From positions 195,134 through 259,133 of the forward strand of contig CAVORV010000013.1 of NCBI GenBank assembly GCA_963698685.1: DNA of 64,000 bases, given 5' to 3'. Both the position numbers and the translations under genes were made by a program. Shown here one piece after another: positions 50,905-61,266 of this stretch. The stretch's first letter is position 1. Every line of letters starts with the position of its first letter. This DNA is from an uncultured Alphaproteobacteria bacterium (lineage in GTDB: Bacteria > Pseudomonadota > Alphaproteobacteria > Rhodobacterales > Rhodobacteraceae). Below the pieces are notes generated by a model, which ran no database searches, was not told the DNA's origin, and saw only the letters and a program-made list of their open reading frames with translations.

Positions 50905-50933
50905 GGAGGGCGGGCTTCGGCCCGCCTTCCCTT
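50905..50933 (+). terminator. Hairpin terminator after the sugar ABC operon
   Basis: ggagggcgggc ttcg gcccgccttcc, UUCG tetraloop. Confidence 0.6.
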
Positions 50934-51046
50934 GCGACCAAGGCGCCGGACCGGGTACCGGTCGCCGTTTACCATTCCCCTTCGCCATCGTTGCCGCGCC
51001 GCGCCGCACTCGGCCATGATCTTCGCGGGTCATGCGGGGGTATGGG

Positions 51047-51154
51047 ATGGAACGGCTTTTCACGAACGTCGTGGGGGTGACGACCGTGATGCTCGCGGTC
51101 GTCTGGTGGTTCCTCGTGATTCGCGAGGCCGGGCGGCTGCTTGGCGCCGCATGA
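51047..51154 (+). CDS. Candidate 35-aa single-TM small protein
   Basis: MERLFTNVVGVTTVMLAVVWWFLVIREAGRLLGAA*; G-rich upstream; GC-rich third positions; below ORF-track cutoff. Confidence 0.35.
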   Translation: MERLFTNVVGVTTVMLAVVWWFLVIREAGRLLGAA

Positions 51155-51500
51155 ATGACGGTTCCTTCGCGGCGTCGACCGAGTTCCGCCGGCCGTGGCG
51201 GATACTTGATCGCGCGGAATCCGCTCGCCGGACACGTTTGCGACACGCGTGTCGTTTTCGTCAACCTGTTGAAATCCTATAACCTTCTGAATCCTGTTAT
51301 GTTTTTGGAAAGGTCGGTTAACGCGCGGATTTGACCGACAGCCGGCGCCCCGCGACCGGGGGATCGAGGGCGGAGCGCGGTGGCCAGTGTCCGGTCAAAC
51401 GTGCCTCCGGCGGCCAGGTCAGGAGGCGATCCGGTTGCGCCTGCTCCGCCACCTGGACAAGGTCAGCTGGACTGTTCACTTGGCCGGAGATGATGCGGAA

Positions 51501-52535
51501 ATGCGCAGTTCCAAGACGATCCATGTCGTGTCGTGCCACGCCGAAGGCGAGGTCGGCGATGTCATCGTCGGTGGGGTGGCCCCTCCGCCCGGCGCGACGC
51601 TTTGGGAACAACGCAGCTGGATCGCGAAGGACCGGACACTGCGCAACTTCGTCCTGAACGAGCCGAGAGGCGGTGTCTTTCGCCACGTCAACCTGCTGGT
51701 CCCGCCGAAACATCCTGACGCCCGGATGGGGTGGATCATCATGGAGCCCGAAGACACGCCGCCGATGTCGGGGTCGAACGCCATCTGCGTCGCGACGGTG
51801 CTGTTGGATAGCGGCATCGTTCCGATGGTCCAGCCGATCACCGAAATGGTGCTGGAAGCGCCGGGAGGCCTCATCCGGGTCCGCGCGGAATGCCGGGACG
51901 GAAAAGCGCGGCGGATCACCGTCCGGAACCTGCCGTCGTTCGCGGGCGAGACCGGCGTCGCGCTGGATGTTCCGGGCTTGGGGGAGATCGTCGTCGATAC
52001 GGCTTACGGCGGCGACAGCTTCGTCGTCGTGAATGCCGAGGAGCTCGGGTTCGCGCTTGATGCCCCTGAGGCCGCGAGGCTTGCCGAGCTGGGTGTACGG
52101 ATCACCAATGCCGCCAATGCGCAGCTGCGTTTTCACCATCCCGGAAATCCCGAATGGGATCATTTCTCGTTCTGCCTCTTCGCCGGAAAGCTGGACCGAC
52201 GTGACGGGCATCTGACCGCCAGGGCCGCCGTTTCGATCCAGCCGGGCAAGATCGACCGGTCGCCGACGGGAACGGCGGCTTCGGCCCGCATGGCGCTGAT
52301 GCACGCTGCGGGGGAGATGGCGGTCGGCGAGACGTTCACCGCGCGCTCGATCATCGGCTCGGAGTTCACCTGCACGATCGCCGGCACGACGATCGTCGGC
52401 GACAGGCCGGCGATCATTCCCGAGATCAGCGGGCGCGGATGGATCACCGGCACGCATCAGCACATGCTCGATCCCGACGACCCTTGGCCGGAAGGCTACC
52501 GGCTGTCGGATACGTGGCCGTCCTACGGAGCGTAA
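51501..52535 (+). CDS. Proline racemase superfamily, Ser/Thr type (possible trans-3-hydroxy-L-proline dehydratase)
   Basis: CHAEGE; LNEPRG; PPMSGSN in place of MCGH; DTAYGG; IDRSPTGT in place of DRSPCGT. Confidence 0.85.
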   Translation: MRSSKTIHVVSCHAEGEVGDVIVGGVAPPPGATLWEQRSWIAKDRTLRNFVLNEPRGGVFRHVNLLVPPKHPDARMGWIIMEPEDTPPMSGSNAICVATVLLDSGIVPMVQPITEMVLEAPGGLIRVRAECRDGKARRITVRNLPSFAGETGVALDVPGLGEIVVDTAYGGDSFVVVNAEELGFALDAPEAARLAELGVRITNAANAQLRFHHPGNPEWDHFSFCLFAGKLDRRDGHLTARAAVSIQPGKIDRSPTGTAASARMALMHAAGEMAVGETFTARSIIGSEFTCTIAGTTIVGDRPAIIPEISGRGWITGTHQHMLDPDDPWPEGYRLSDTWPSYGA

Positions 52536-52565
52536 CCGGGTTTCCGCGACGGGGGACGGTGAGGT

Positions 52566-53735
52566 TCACGCCCGGCGTCGATCCTCCTGCGCCGCGAGCG
52601 CCTCGGCGAAGTCCTCGGGCGGCCAGCCGGCATCGAGGGCGCGGCGGAAGAGGGCCGCCTGGGTCTCGGGGGCAAGACCGCCGGCCGGAGGATCGCGGTC
52701 GAGATTGGTCGGGAAGGAATAGCCTTCGGCGCACGACGCGATTGCGGCGTCGCGGTCGGCCCGGTCCATGTCGAGCGACGCCAGAACCGGATAGAGCCGG
52801 CGGCACATCGCCGCGCGGTCGATGCTCTCCATGGCGCGGCCGAAGGCGGAGGAGACCTGGAGCAGGTTCGCCATGCGCTGGATGTCCGCGCTGGTGTTGG
52901 CGCCGGCGGCGTGGAAGAGCGCGGGGTTGAAGAACACCGCGTCGCCCTTGGCGAGCGGCATCTGGACGTGGTGCGCCTCGAAGAAGTCGCGGAAATCCTG
53001 GCGGCGCCAGGCGACGTAGCCGGGGCGGTAAAGCTGCGAGAACGGGAGGAGCTTGGTCGGGCCGCTTTCGATCGGCATGTCGGTATGGGCGACGGCGCCC
53101 TGGAGCGTCAGCGCGGGGGTAAGGTCGTGGACATGCGCGGGATAGAGCGCCGAGATCTCGGCGGTCTGGAAGCCGAGATGATAGTCGCGGTGCGCCTGCT
53201 GCGCCGCGCCGCCGGGGCGGACGAGATTGACCTGCGCGGTCATCTGCCAGTTCGGACCGAGCCAGGCGTCGCAGACGGACGCGATGGCGATGTTGCCGAA
53301 ATAGCGGGCGAACACCTCCGGGTCGGCCTCGCAGAGTTTCTGGAGCGAGTTCCAGATCCGGTCATTGGCGCCGGCGGTGGCGAAGTGATCCGCGCCGCCG
53401 CCGCTCGCGGCCTTCTCCTCGGCGATGATCGCGTCATAGACGGCAGTCGCGGCGTCGATGGAGGCGGTGTCGGCATAGGCGCGGCGCAGCACGAGGACCC
53501 CTGCCCCGTCGCGCAGGACATGCGCCCATTCCGCGAGAACCGGCAGCCGCGCATCAGGGTCGCGCAGTGCGTCTTCGAGCGCGGCGGCGTCGTAGACGGG
53601 GATGTTCTTCGCGACGGTCTCGGCGTGTTCGAGACCGTCGTTGAGATCGGTGCGCGAGACCAGATCGGCGAAATCGCCCAAGTCGCAGTCGTCGGCGTCG
53701 AAGAAGCCGGCTTTCCGGTCGTTTTTCGTCAGCAT
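52566..53735 (-). CDS. Phytanoyl-CoA dioxygenase (PhyH)-family Fe(II)/2-oxoglutarate enzyme
   Basis: QQAHRDYH (HxD); ESGPT; GDAVFFNPALFHAAGAN..R; GGAGG RBS. Confidence 0.88.
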   Translation of the reverse strand: MLTKNDRKAGFFDADDCDLGDFADLVSRTDLNDGLEHAETVAKNIPVYDAAALEDALRDPDARLPVLAEWAHVLRDGAGVLVLRRAYADTASIDAATAVYDAIIAEEKAASGGGADHFATAGANDRIWNSLQKLCEADPEVFARYFGNIAIASVCDAWLGPNWQMTAQVNLVRPGGAAQQAHRDYHLGFQTAEISALYPAHVHDLTPALTLQGAVAHTDMPIESGPTKLLPFSQLYRPGYVAWRRQDFRDFFEAHHVQMPLAKGDAVFFNPALFHAAGANTSADIQRMANLLQVSSAFGRAMESIDRAAMCRRLYPVLASLDMDRADRDAAIASCAEGYSFPTNLDRDPPAGGLAPETQAALFRRALDAGWPPEDFAEALAAQEDRRRA

Positions 53736-53772
53736 GATGGCAGCCTCCCTATGATGCGGTTCGCGCGGCGGA

Positions 53773-55614
53773 TCACCGGATCGCGCCGGTCGCCCTCAGA
53801 GCCTCGTAGCGGTCCCGATCGGCCCACCAGATCGATGTCGATCCTATGCCATAGTCGGGCAAGGGCTCCGGATGGCGGTAATAGTCGTAATAGGCGATCC
53901 AGGTGTCCGGCCGCACCCAGTAGGGAACGCGCAGATGCATGGCGCGCAGGACGCGGTCGAGGGCGCGGACGCGGTGGTCGAGCTCCTCGCGCGTTCGGGC
54001 GGTCTCGATGAGGGAGATGAGCCGGTCGATGGCCGGGTTGGCGACGCCGCCGACATTGAGCGATCCGCCCACATTGGCGAATTCGGTGCCGAACGCGTCG
54101 CGCAGCTCGGCGCCGGGCGTCTCGCTCATTGGAATGAAGACGTGAACGGCGTCGAAATCATGGGTCTCGGCGCGCTCGCGCCACTGGGCGCTGTCGACGA
54201 GGCGCAGCGAGGCGTCGATGCCGATGCCGCGCAGGATCTGCGAGAACGGAGAGAGGTACTGCTCGGCGTCGGGGCTCGCGTACATCATCTCGAGCGCGAG
54301 CTGCGCGCCATCCGGGCCGATGAGCTGTCCGCCGGATTGCGAGTAGCCCGCCTCGGTCAGCAGCGCCATCGCGGCGCGCTGGCGGGCGCGGTCGCGCTGG
54401 GCGCTGGCGCCGGCGAAGGGCGTGGAGGCGGGGGCGGTGAGGATGTCTTCGAGACCGGCGGGCAGGTCGGGCAGGAGAGGCTCGAGGATCGCGATCTCCT
54501 CGGGCGAGGGCGGCCCTTCGGCGCGCATCGGGCTGCGCTCCCAGAGGCTGGCGGCGCGGGCCTCGACGCCGTGGAAGAGCGTGGCGTTGATCCATTCGAA
54601 ATTGAACATGATCTCGATGGCCTGTCGGACGCGCGGGTCCTGGAACGCCTCGCGGCGGAGGTTGAACCAGAGGCCACCGGCGTTCGGCACGGTGCGGGCG
54701 GGGATCTCCGCGAGAATCACGTCGCCGCGCGTCCGGGCGGGGAAGTCGTAGCCGCGGATCCACCGGTCGGCGTTGGTCTCGCCCCGGAAGGTGTATTCGC
54801 CGGCCTTGAACGCCTCGAAGGCGCTGGCCTGGTCGGAATAATAGTCGATGCGGATGCGGTCGAAATTGTTGGCGCCGACGTTCACGGGGAGGTCGCGGGC
54901 CCAGTAATCCTCGTCGCGGGCGTAGATCACGACGCGGCCGGCCTCGGCGCGTTCGACCTGGTAGGGGCCGGAGCCCAGTGGCGGGTCCATCGAGCTTTCG
55001 GAGAAGTCGCGGTCGGCGTAATAGGCTTTGGAGAAGATCGAGGTGCCGGCGACGATCGGCAGCAGATCGCGGACGGCGGCGCCCTCGACGAACGTGAATT
55101 TGACCTCATGGGGCCCGAGCGCCTCGACGCTCTCGATGCCGCCGAAATAGGCGCGGTAGCGGAATTGGCCCTGGTTCTGCATCATGTCGAAGGTGAAGAC
55201 GACATCCTCGGCGGTGAGCGGGCTGCCGTCGGAAAAGCGCGCCTCGGGGCGCATTTTGAAGCTGATCCAGCTTTTGTCGGCGGGCCAGGTCGCGGTCTCG
55301 GCGATCAGGCCGTACATCTGGTCGAGCGTGTCGAGCGTGCCGGTCATCAGGCTGTCGAAGACGACCCAGGTGTTCGCGGCGGCGTTGCCCTTTTCGGTGA
55401 AGGGGGTCATCGAGTCGAAGCTGCCGAGGGTCCAGGAATGGTAGATGCCGCCCTTCGGCGCGTCGGGATTGACGTAGTCGAAATGCGAGAAGCCTTCGGG
55501 GTATTTCAGCTCGCCGAAGGTCGAGAGGCCGTGGCTGGTCGTGACGTCCTCCTGCGCGCCGGCAAGCGGCGCGGCGAGGAGGAGCGCGGCGAGAAGCGCG
55601 GGAAAGCGGCTCAT
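53773..55614 (-). CDS. Family-5 extracellular solute-binding protein, YejA-like
   Basis: Signal peptide; HGLSTFGELKYP..F.HFDYVNPDAPKGG; ARFSDG; PLGSGPY; FNLRR; RALDRVL. Confidence 0.9.
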   Translation of the reverse strand: MSRFPALLAALLLAAPLAGAQEDVTTSHGLSTFGELKYPEGFSHFDYVNPDAPKGGIYHSWTLGSFDSMTPFTEKGNAAANTWVVFDSLMTGTLDTLDQMYGLIAETATWPADKSWISFKMRPEARFSDGSPLTAEDVVFTFDMMQNQGQFRYRAYFGGIESVEALGPHEVKFTFVEGAAVRDLLPIVAGTSIFSKAYYADRDFSESSMDPPLGSGPYQVERAEAGRVVIYARDEDYWARDLPVNVGANNFDRIRIDYYSDQASAFEAFKAGEYTFRGETNADRWIRGYDFPARTRGDVILAEIPARTVPNAGGLWFNLRREAFQDPRVRQAIEIMFNFEWINATLFHGVEARAASLWERSPMRAEGPPSPEEIAILEPLLPDLPAGLEDILTAPASTPFAGASAQRDRARQRAAMALLTEAGYSQSGGQLIGPDGAQLALEMMYASPDAEQYLSPFSQILRGIGIDASLRLVDSAQWRERAETHDFDAVHVFIPMSETPGAELRDAFGTEFANVGGSLNVGGVANPAIDRLISLIETARTREELDHRVRALDRVLRAMHLRVPYWVRPDTWIAYYDYYRHPEPLPDYGIGSTSIWWADRDRYEALRATGAIR

Positions 55615-56606
55615 GGCCGTACCGGAAGACCGGTCTCGAGCGACATGGCCGCCGCGTCGGCCAGCATCTGGGCGCGCAAACCGTCCTCGATGCCGGGTTT
55701 TGGCGATTTGCCGGAGAGGACCGCTTCGACGAAGTGGCGCATCTCGGCGAGATAGGCGGCCTCGTAGCGTTCGAGGAAGAAGTTCTGCGCCGGCGCGCGG
55801 CGGAAGCCCGCTCCGGTGGCGACCTCGACGGAGTTCTCGAGATGGTTCTCGGCGCGCAGGAGCCCGCGCGCGCCGTGGACCTCGATGCGTTGGTCGTAGC
55901 CATATGTCGCGCGGCGGGAATTGGAGATCTGGCAGATGCGGCCCGAGGCTGTGGTGAGCGTCACGGCGGCGGTGTCGACGTCGCCGGCCTTGCCGATTTC
56001 GGGATCGACGAGGGCGGAGCCGACGGCGAAGACCTGCACCGGTTCCTCTGCGAGCAGGAAGCGCGCCATGTCGAAATCGTGGATCATCATGTCGCGGAAG
56101 AGGCCGCCGGAGCTTCGGATATACGAGAGCGGCGGCGGGGACGGGTCGCGCGAGAGGATCGTGACGATCTCGACATCGCCGATCTCGCCCTCGCGGATGC
56201 GGGCCTCGATGTCCGCGAAGCCGGGGTCGAAGCGGCGGTTGAAGCCTGTGAGGAACGGGACGCCCGCCGCCGCGACGGCCTTGGCGCAGTCGCGGATGCG
56301 GTCGGCGGACATGTCGACGGGTTTTTCGCAGAAGATCGCCTTGCCGGCGGCGGCGGCGCCCTGGATCAGGTCGTAATGGGTGTCGGTGGGCGTGCCGATG
56401 ACGACGGCATCGATGTCGTCCGAGGCGATGATCTCGTCGGAGGTGCGGACCTGCGCCCCGGTCCTGGCGGCCAGCGCCTCGGCGGCGGGCGCCACCGCGT
56501 CGGCGACGGCGATGAGGCGGGCGTTATCGAGATTGCGGATCGAGCGGGCGTGGACCTGACCGATGCGGCCGCAGCCGATAATTCCGATCTTGAGCATGGA
56601 CGTCAC
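55611..56606 (-). CDS. iolG: Inositol 2-dehydrogenase (Gfo/Idh/MocA), copy 2
   Basis: IGCGRIG; FCEKP; GFNRRFD; LSRDP; SGGLFRDMMIHDFD; NSRRATYGYDQRIE; FFLERY. Confidence 0.92.
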   Translation of the reverse strand: MTSMLKIGIIGCGRIGQVHARSIRNLDNARLIAVADAVAPAAEALAARTGAQVRTSDEIIASDDIDAVVIGTPTDTHYDLIQGAAAAGKAIFCEKPVDMSADRIRDCAKAVAAAGVPFLTGFNRRFDPGFADIEARIREGEIGDVEIVTILSRDPSPPPLSYIRSSGGLFRDMMIHDFDMARFLLAEEPVQVFAVGSALVDPEIGKAGDVDTAAVTLTTASGRICQISNSRRATYGYDQRIEVHGARGLLRAENHLENSVEVATGAGFRRAPAQNFFLERYEAAYLAEMRHFVEAVLSGKSPKPGIEDGLRAQMLADAAAMSLETGLPVRP

Positions 56607-57442
56607 TCCCCGTCAGGTTTCCAGAGCGCGCGGATTACGCGCCGCGCCGCGCGGGTGACCGGCTCCTCGGTCTCGCTCAGGATGGCGACGCGGTCGAAGC
56701 GGGCGGGATCGCGCGCGACCGCCTCGCGCAGCGCCGCGCCCCATGCCATGCGCAGTTCGGTGCCGATGTTGAATTTGCAGATCGACGAGCCCGCGGCGAG
56801 CGCGCGGCGCTGCGCTTCGGGCACGCCCGACCCGCCGTGGATGACGAGCGGCACGTCGGTGACGGCCTCGATGGCGCGGATGCGGACCTCGTCGAGGCCG
56901 CCCTCGCGGTCCTGTTGCAGGTGAACGTTGCCGACGGAGATCGCCATCGCGTCGACGCCGGTCTCGCGGGCGAAGCGGGCGGCCTCGTCCGGATCGGTGC
57001 CGGCGGAGGCCTCGCCGCCGGAATAGCCGACGAAGCCGATCTCGCCCTCGCAGGAGATGCCGGCGGAATGGGCCATTTCGGCGATGGCGGCGGTCTCGTC
57101 GATGTTCTGGGCCAGCGGCAGGCGCGAGCCGTCGAACATCAGCGAGGTGAAGCCGCTGTCGAGCGCCTCGCGGCACTCGTCCATCGTGTAGCCGTGGTCG
57201 AGATGGGCGACGACGGGGACGGAGGCGGTCTCGGCCAGATGCCGGAACATTTTGCCGAGGACCGGCAGCGGCGTGTGTTTGCGGCAGCTCGGGCCGGCCT
57301 GAAGGATCACCGGCGCGCCCTCGGCCTCGGCGGCGGCGACATAGGCGCGCATGTCCTCCCAGCCGAGCGTGACAAGTCCCGCGACCGCATGGCCGCCTTT
57401 CAGCGCCGGCCGGAGCACGTCCGAGAGGGTGGCGAGCGTCAT
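56603..57442 (-). CDS. Class II aldolase (fructose-bisphosphate aldolase family), probable IolJ role
   Basis: HLDHG; MFDGS; CEGEIG; AISVGNVH; VIHGGSG; KFNIGTE; coupled between iolB and iolG. Confidence 0.85.
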   Translation of the reverse strand: MTLATLSDVLRPALKGGHAVAGLVTLGWEDMRAYVAAAEAEGAPVILQAGPSCRKHTPLPVLGKMFRHLAETASVPVVAHLDHGYTMDECREALDSGFTSLMFDGSRLPLAQNIDETAAIAEMAHSAGISCEGEIGFVGYSGGEASAGTDPDEAARFARETGVDAMAISVGNVHLQQDREGGLDEVRIRAIEAVTDVPLVIHGGSGVPEAQRRALAAGSSICKFNIGTELRMAWGAALREAVARDPARFDRVAILSETEEPVTRAARRVIRALWKPDGE

Positions 57443-58281
57443 TTGAACTTCGCGATCATGTCCTTGATGCCCGGGATCGTCTCGATCTGATAGGCGTGGG
57501 AAGGCTGGAAATACTGGATCAGGCTGCGCTGGCTGAGACCGCCCAGGATGGTGAAATAGTACATCTCGTATCCGGGCAGGACCGCGCAGGGGTGGTAGCC
57601 CTTGTCGATGCAGATCGTCGAGCCGTCGACGATATGATAGGCGTCGCCGCTCTTGCCGTCCTCGCGCTGGAGCATCTGGACGCCGGAGCCGTGGTTGGGC
57701 CGGAAGCGGAAATTGTAGGTCTCGTCGTGGCGGGTCTCGTCCGGCAGGCGGTCGGTGTCGTGCTTGTGGCTCGGGAAGCCGGACCAGCCGCCCTGACCGA
57801 CGGTGAACAGCTCGCTGACGAGAAGCCGCCCGACGCGGTCGCGCTGTTTCTGGCCGAGAATGTGCTGGATCCTGCGGTGGGTTTTCGTGTCGTCCGAGCC
57901 GTATTGGACCTTGTCTATCCCGTCGGCCCGCACGTCGAAGGGTTCCAGAACCTTGTCGTATTTCGCGCCGGCGACGAAGGTCTCGGTCTCTTCGGAGGTG
58001 CAGACGATCGTGGCCTTGGCGCCCGAGGGAACGTAGACGCCTTCGGGTTCGCCGTCCCAGACGTCGACGCGGCGGGTGCCGAGAGCGTCGAACGCGACGC
58101 CTTCGACCGTCACGTCGACGGTTCCGGTCGCCGGGACGATGCAGGTCTCGTATCCGGGCGCCTGGTACTCGAACGCCTCGCCTTTTTTCAGTTTCACGAT
58201 GTTGAAGTAGTTGAGCGGAACGGTCTCGTCCTCGACGTCCACGATGGGTCTGTTGCGGTTGTCGAACGGGGGGATGTGCAT
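57439..58281 (-). CDS. iolB: 5-deoxy-glucuronate isomerase
   Basis: LLVSELFT; WSGFPSHKHD; ETYNFR; GYHP; PGYEMYY. Confidence 0.92.
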   Translation of the reverse strand: MHIPPFDNRNRPIVDVEDETVPLNYFNIVKLKKGEAFEYQAPGYETCIVPATGTVDVTVEGVAFDALGTRRVDVWDGEPEGVYVPSGAKATIVCTSEETETFVAGAKYDKVLEPFDVRADGIDKVQYGSDDTKTHRRIQHILGQKQRDRVGRLLVSELFTVGQGGWSGFPSHKHDTDRLPDETRHDETYNFRFRPNHGSGVQMLQREDGKSGDAYHIVDGSTICIDKGYHPCAVLPGYEMYYFTILGGLSQRSLIQYFQPSHAYQIETIPGIKDMIAKFK

Positions 58282-58293
58282 GGGGCGGTCCTT

Positions 58294-59275
58294 TCAGGGC
58301 TCGGTCGGGCCGGGATGCCCGGCCAGGAAGGTCTCGAGCTCGGGCGTCGTCGGCATGGCGGGGGCGCAGCCGACGCGGCTGACGACGATCGAGGCGCAGG
58401 CCGAGCCGCGCAGCACGGCGTCGCGCAGGTCGCGGCCCTGGGCGAGCGCCGCGACGAAGCCGCCGAGAAAGCTGTCGCCGGCGCCGGTGGGTTTGAGCGC
58501 CTCGACCGGATAGATGCCGGTGCGGAACTCGGTCTCGGGCGTGATGGTGATCGCGCCAAGTTCACCCATCTTGTAGATGACGATGCTGCGCGCCGGAGCG
58601 CGCCAGATCGCGGGCCTTGTCGAGACCTTTTTCGATGCCGCCGGCCATGAAGCCGAATTCCAGATCATTGCCCACGATCACGTCGCAGAGCGCCGCCGCG
58701 CGGGAATAGACGTCCGAGGCGACTTCCGGCGACGGCCAGCTGTAGGGCCGGTAATCAACGTCGAAGATCAGCGGCAGACCGGCCGCGCGGGCCAGCTCGA
58801 AGCCGCGGAACGCGGCGGAGCGGGAGGGTTCGGCGGCGAAGACCGTGCCGGTGGTGATGAGCGCGCTGAACGGCGCGTAATCGACGGCCTCGACATCCGC
58901 GATTGTCATTTCGAAATCGGCGGCGCCGTTGCGGTAGATCACCGATTGGTGGTCCTCGACGCGGGTCTCGACCACGGCGAGCGAGTTGCGGGCCTCGCCG
59001 CCGACCGGTTTCACATGGGTCCGGTCGACGCCGTAGCGGTCAAGCTCGTTGCAGGCGAAGCGGCCGATGGCGTCGTCGGAGACGCGCGTCACCAGCGCGG
59101 CCTTGCCTCCGTGCCGGGTGATCGCCGCGCCGATATTGGCGGAGGAGCCGCCGAGGCAGGCGAAGAAACGGTTGGCCTCCTCGGTTTTCGTGCCGGGCGG
59201 GTCGGGATAGAAATCCATCCCCGCCCGCCCGATGATGACGAAGCTGTTGCCCCGGATGCGGTCGAGATCGGCCAT
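58294..59275 (-). CDS. iolC: 5-dehydro-2-deoxygluconokinase (PfkB family), frameshifted near 58588
   Basis: IGRAGMDFY; LGGSSANI; YRNGAAD; FDVDYRPYSW; VGNDLEF; joins IVIYKMGE..KPTGAGDSF on removing one base (326 aa). Confidence 0.9.
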
Positions 59276-61142
59276 CAGACGCCGAGCCGCTGATCGCGAG
59301 CGGGTGGCTTCCTGTTCCTTGTGGGCGGCCTCGACGCGCGCGTTCTCCGTCACGTGCGGCGTGCCGACCTCCCACCAGGTGTGGCCTTCGGTGGTCCAGC
59401 CGTCCTTGGCGTCGACCTTCATGCAGATGACATGGGTCTTGTCGGAGGCCTGGGCCCGCTTGAACGCCTCGCCGAGTTCCGAGGGGTTCGAGACCGTCTC
59501 GGCCGTCGCGCCCATCGAGGCGGCATGGGCCTCGAAATCGACGGCGAAGGGTTTCGGGATGGTCGGGCAATCGGCGATGAGGTTGTTGAAGCTCTCGTTG
59601 CCGGTGTTGTTCTGGAGCTTGTTGATCACCGCGAAGCCGCCGTTGTCGAGCACGAGGATGATCAGCTTCTTGCCGCTGAGCACCGAGGAATAGATGTCGG
59701 AGTTCATCAGCAGATACGAGCCGTCGCCGACGAAGACGATCGTGTCGCGGTCGGGTTCGCGCTCGGATTGGGCGATCTTCGCGCCCCAGCCGCCGGCGAT
59801 CTCGTAGCCCATGCAGGAGAAGCCGAATTCGACGTCGACGGTGCCGAGATCGAGCGTGCGCCAGTTGGCGGTGACCTCCGCCGGGAGGCCGCCCGCCGCC
59901 GTCACGATCCGGTCGCGCGGATGGCAGAGGTCGTTCACGACGCCGATGGCCTGGGCGTAGGAGGCGGGCCGGTTGCCATGGCCGACGTTCTTTTTCACGT
60001 AGTCGTCCCAGGCGGTCGCGTTCGTCCTGGGCGGTCTTCGTCCAATCTCCGGGTGCCTTGTAGGAACCCATCGCAGAGCTGAGCGCGTCGAGCGAGAGTT
60101 TCGCGTCACCCACGACCGTCAGCGACATGTGCTTGGCCGCGTCGTGGCGAGCGGCGTTCATGCCGATGATCCGCGCGTCCTTGGCGAAGGCGGTCCAGGA
60201 ACCGGTGGTGAAATCCTGAAGCCGCGTGCCGACGGCGAGGATCACGTCGGCGCGTTCGGCGATCGAATTGGCGCTGTTGGAGCCGGTGACCCCGATCGGC
60301 CCGATATTGAGCGGATGGGTGGAGAGCAGGTTCGCGCGGCCGGCGATGGTCTCGACCACGGGGATGCCGTGCGCCTCGGCGAAGGCGGTGAGTTCCTCGG
60401 TCGCGCGGGAATATTGGACGCCGCCGCCGGCGATGATCATCGGGCGCTTCGCGCGTGACAGCAGCGCGGCGGCGTCCGCGATCTCGGCGGCGTCGGGGCT
60501 CTGGCGGCGGATGCGGTGGATGCGTTTGTCGAAAAACGATGCCGGATAGTCCCATGCCCAGCCCTGGACGTCCTGCGGCAGGCCGATGAAGGCGGGGCCG
60601 CAATCGGCGGGGTCGAGCATCGTGGCGAGCGCGGCGGGCAGCGACTGGACGATCTGCGCGGGATGGGTGATCCGGTCCCAGAAGCGGGTGACCGCCTTGA
60701 AGGCGTCATTCAGGCCGAGCGCGGGGTTGCCGTAATGCTCGAGCTGCTGGAGCACCGGGTCGGGCAGGCGCGTCAGGAACGTGTCGCCGCAGAGCATCAG
60801 CATCGGCAGGCGGTTGGCATGGGCGAGCGCCGAGGCGGTCAGCAGGTTCGACGTGCCGGGCCCCGCGCTCGCGGTGCAGAACATGAAACGCTGGCGCAGC
60901 CATTGTTTGGAATAGGCCGCCGCCGCGAAGCCCATGCTCATCTCGTTCTGCCCGCGATAGAGCGGCAGGGCGTCGCGCGCGTCGTACAGCGCCTCGCCGA
61001 GGCAGGTGACGTTGCCGTGGCCGAAGATGCCGAAGCCGCCGCCGCAGACGCGCCGTTCCTCGCCGTCGATTTCGATGTATTGGGCGGCGAGATGGCGGAT
61101 GATCGCCTGCGCCGTCGTCAGACGGATCGTGTCATCGGTCAT
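59275..61142 (-). CDS. iolD: 3D-(3,5/4)-trihydroxycyclohexane-1,2-dione hydrolase (ThDP), frameshifted near 60017 and 59293
   Basis: RLTTAQA; IFGHGNV; QNE; GPG; PDPVLQQ; LPQDVQ; GTRLQDFTTGS; EFGFSCMGYE; GDGSYL; DNGGF; WWEV; 621 aa after removing two bases, ending RQRLGV* with TGATG overlap into iolC. Confidence 0.92.
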
Positions 61143-61226
61143 GGCGGTTCCAGTCCTCCCGATGCGTTCCGCGATGGCGCGGGGAGATGTTGCGGCTTGC
61201 GGACGCGTTTGCCCGAGGATACAAAA

Positions 61227-61244
61227 TTTGCAACCGGTTGCAAA
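61227..61244. promoter_or_regulatory. LacI-family-type operator palindrome in the divergent iol promoter region
   Basis: Perfect 18-bp palindrome TTTGCAACCGGTTGCAAA with central CG, between iolD and the divergent oxidoreductase. Confidence 0.75.
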
Positions 61245-61266
61245 CCGAATCTGGCGGGGACGGACA

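Noticed and set aside
51049-51073. GGAAC-N16-CGTG as another EcfG promoter
   Set aside because: Mismatch in the -10 element and it lies inside the candidate small ORF.
58562-60109. 515-aa ORF that looks like an IolD-IolC fusion
   Set aside because: Removing one base near 59293 restores an IolD end (RQRLGV*) with a TGATG overlap into iolC; the fusion is a by-product of indels.
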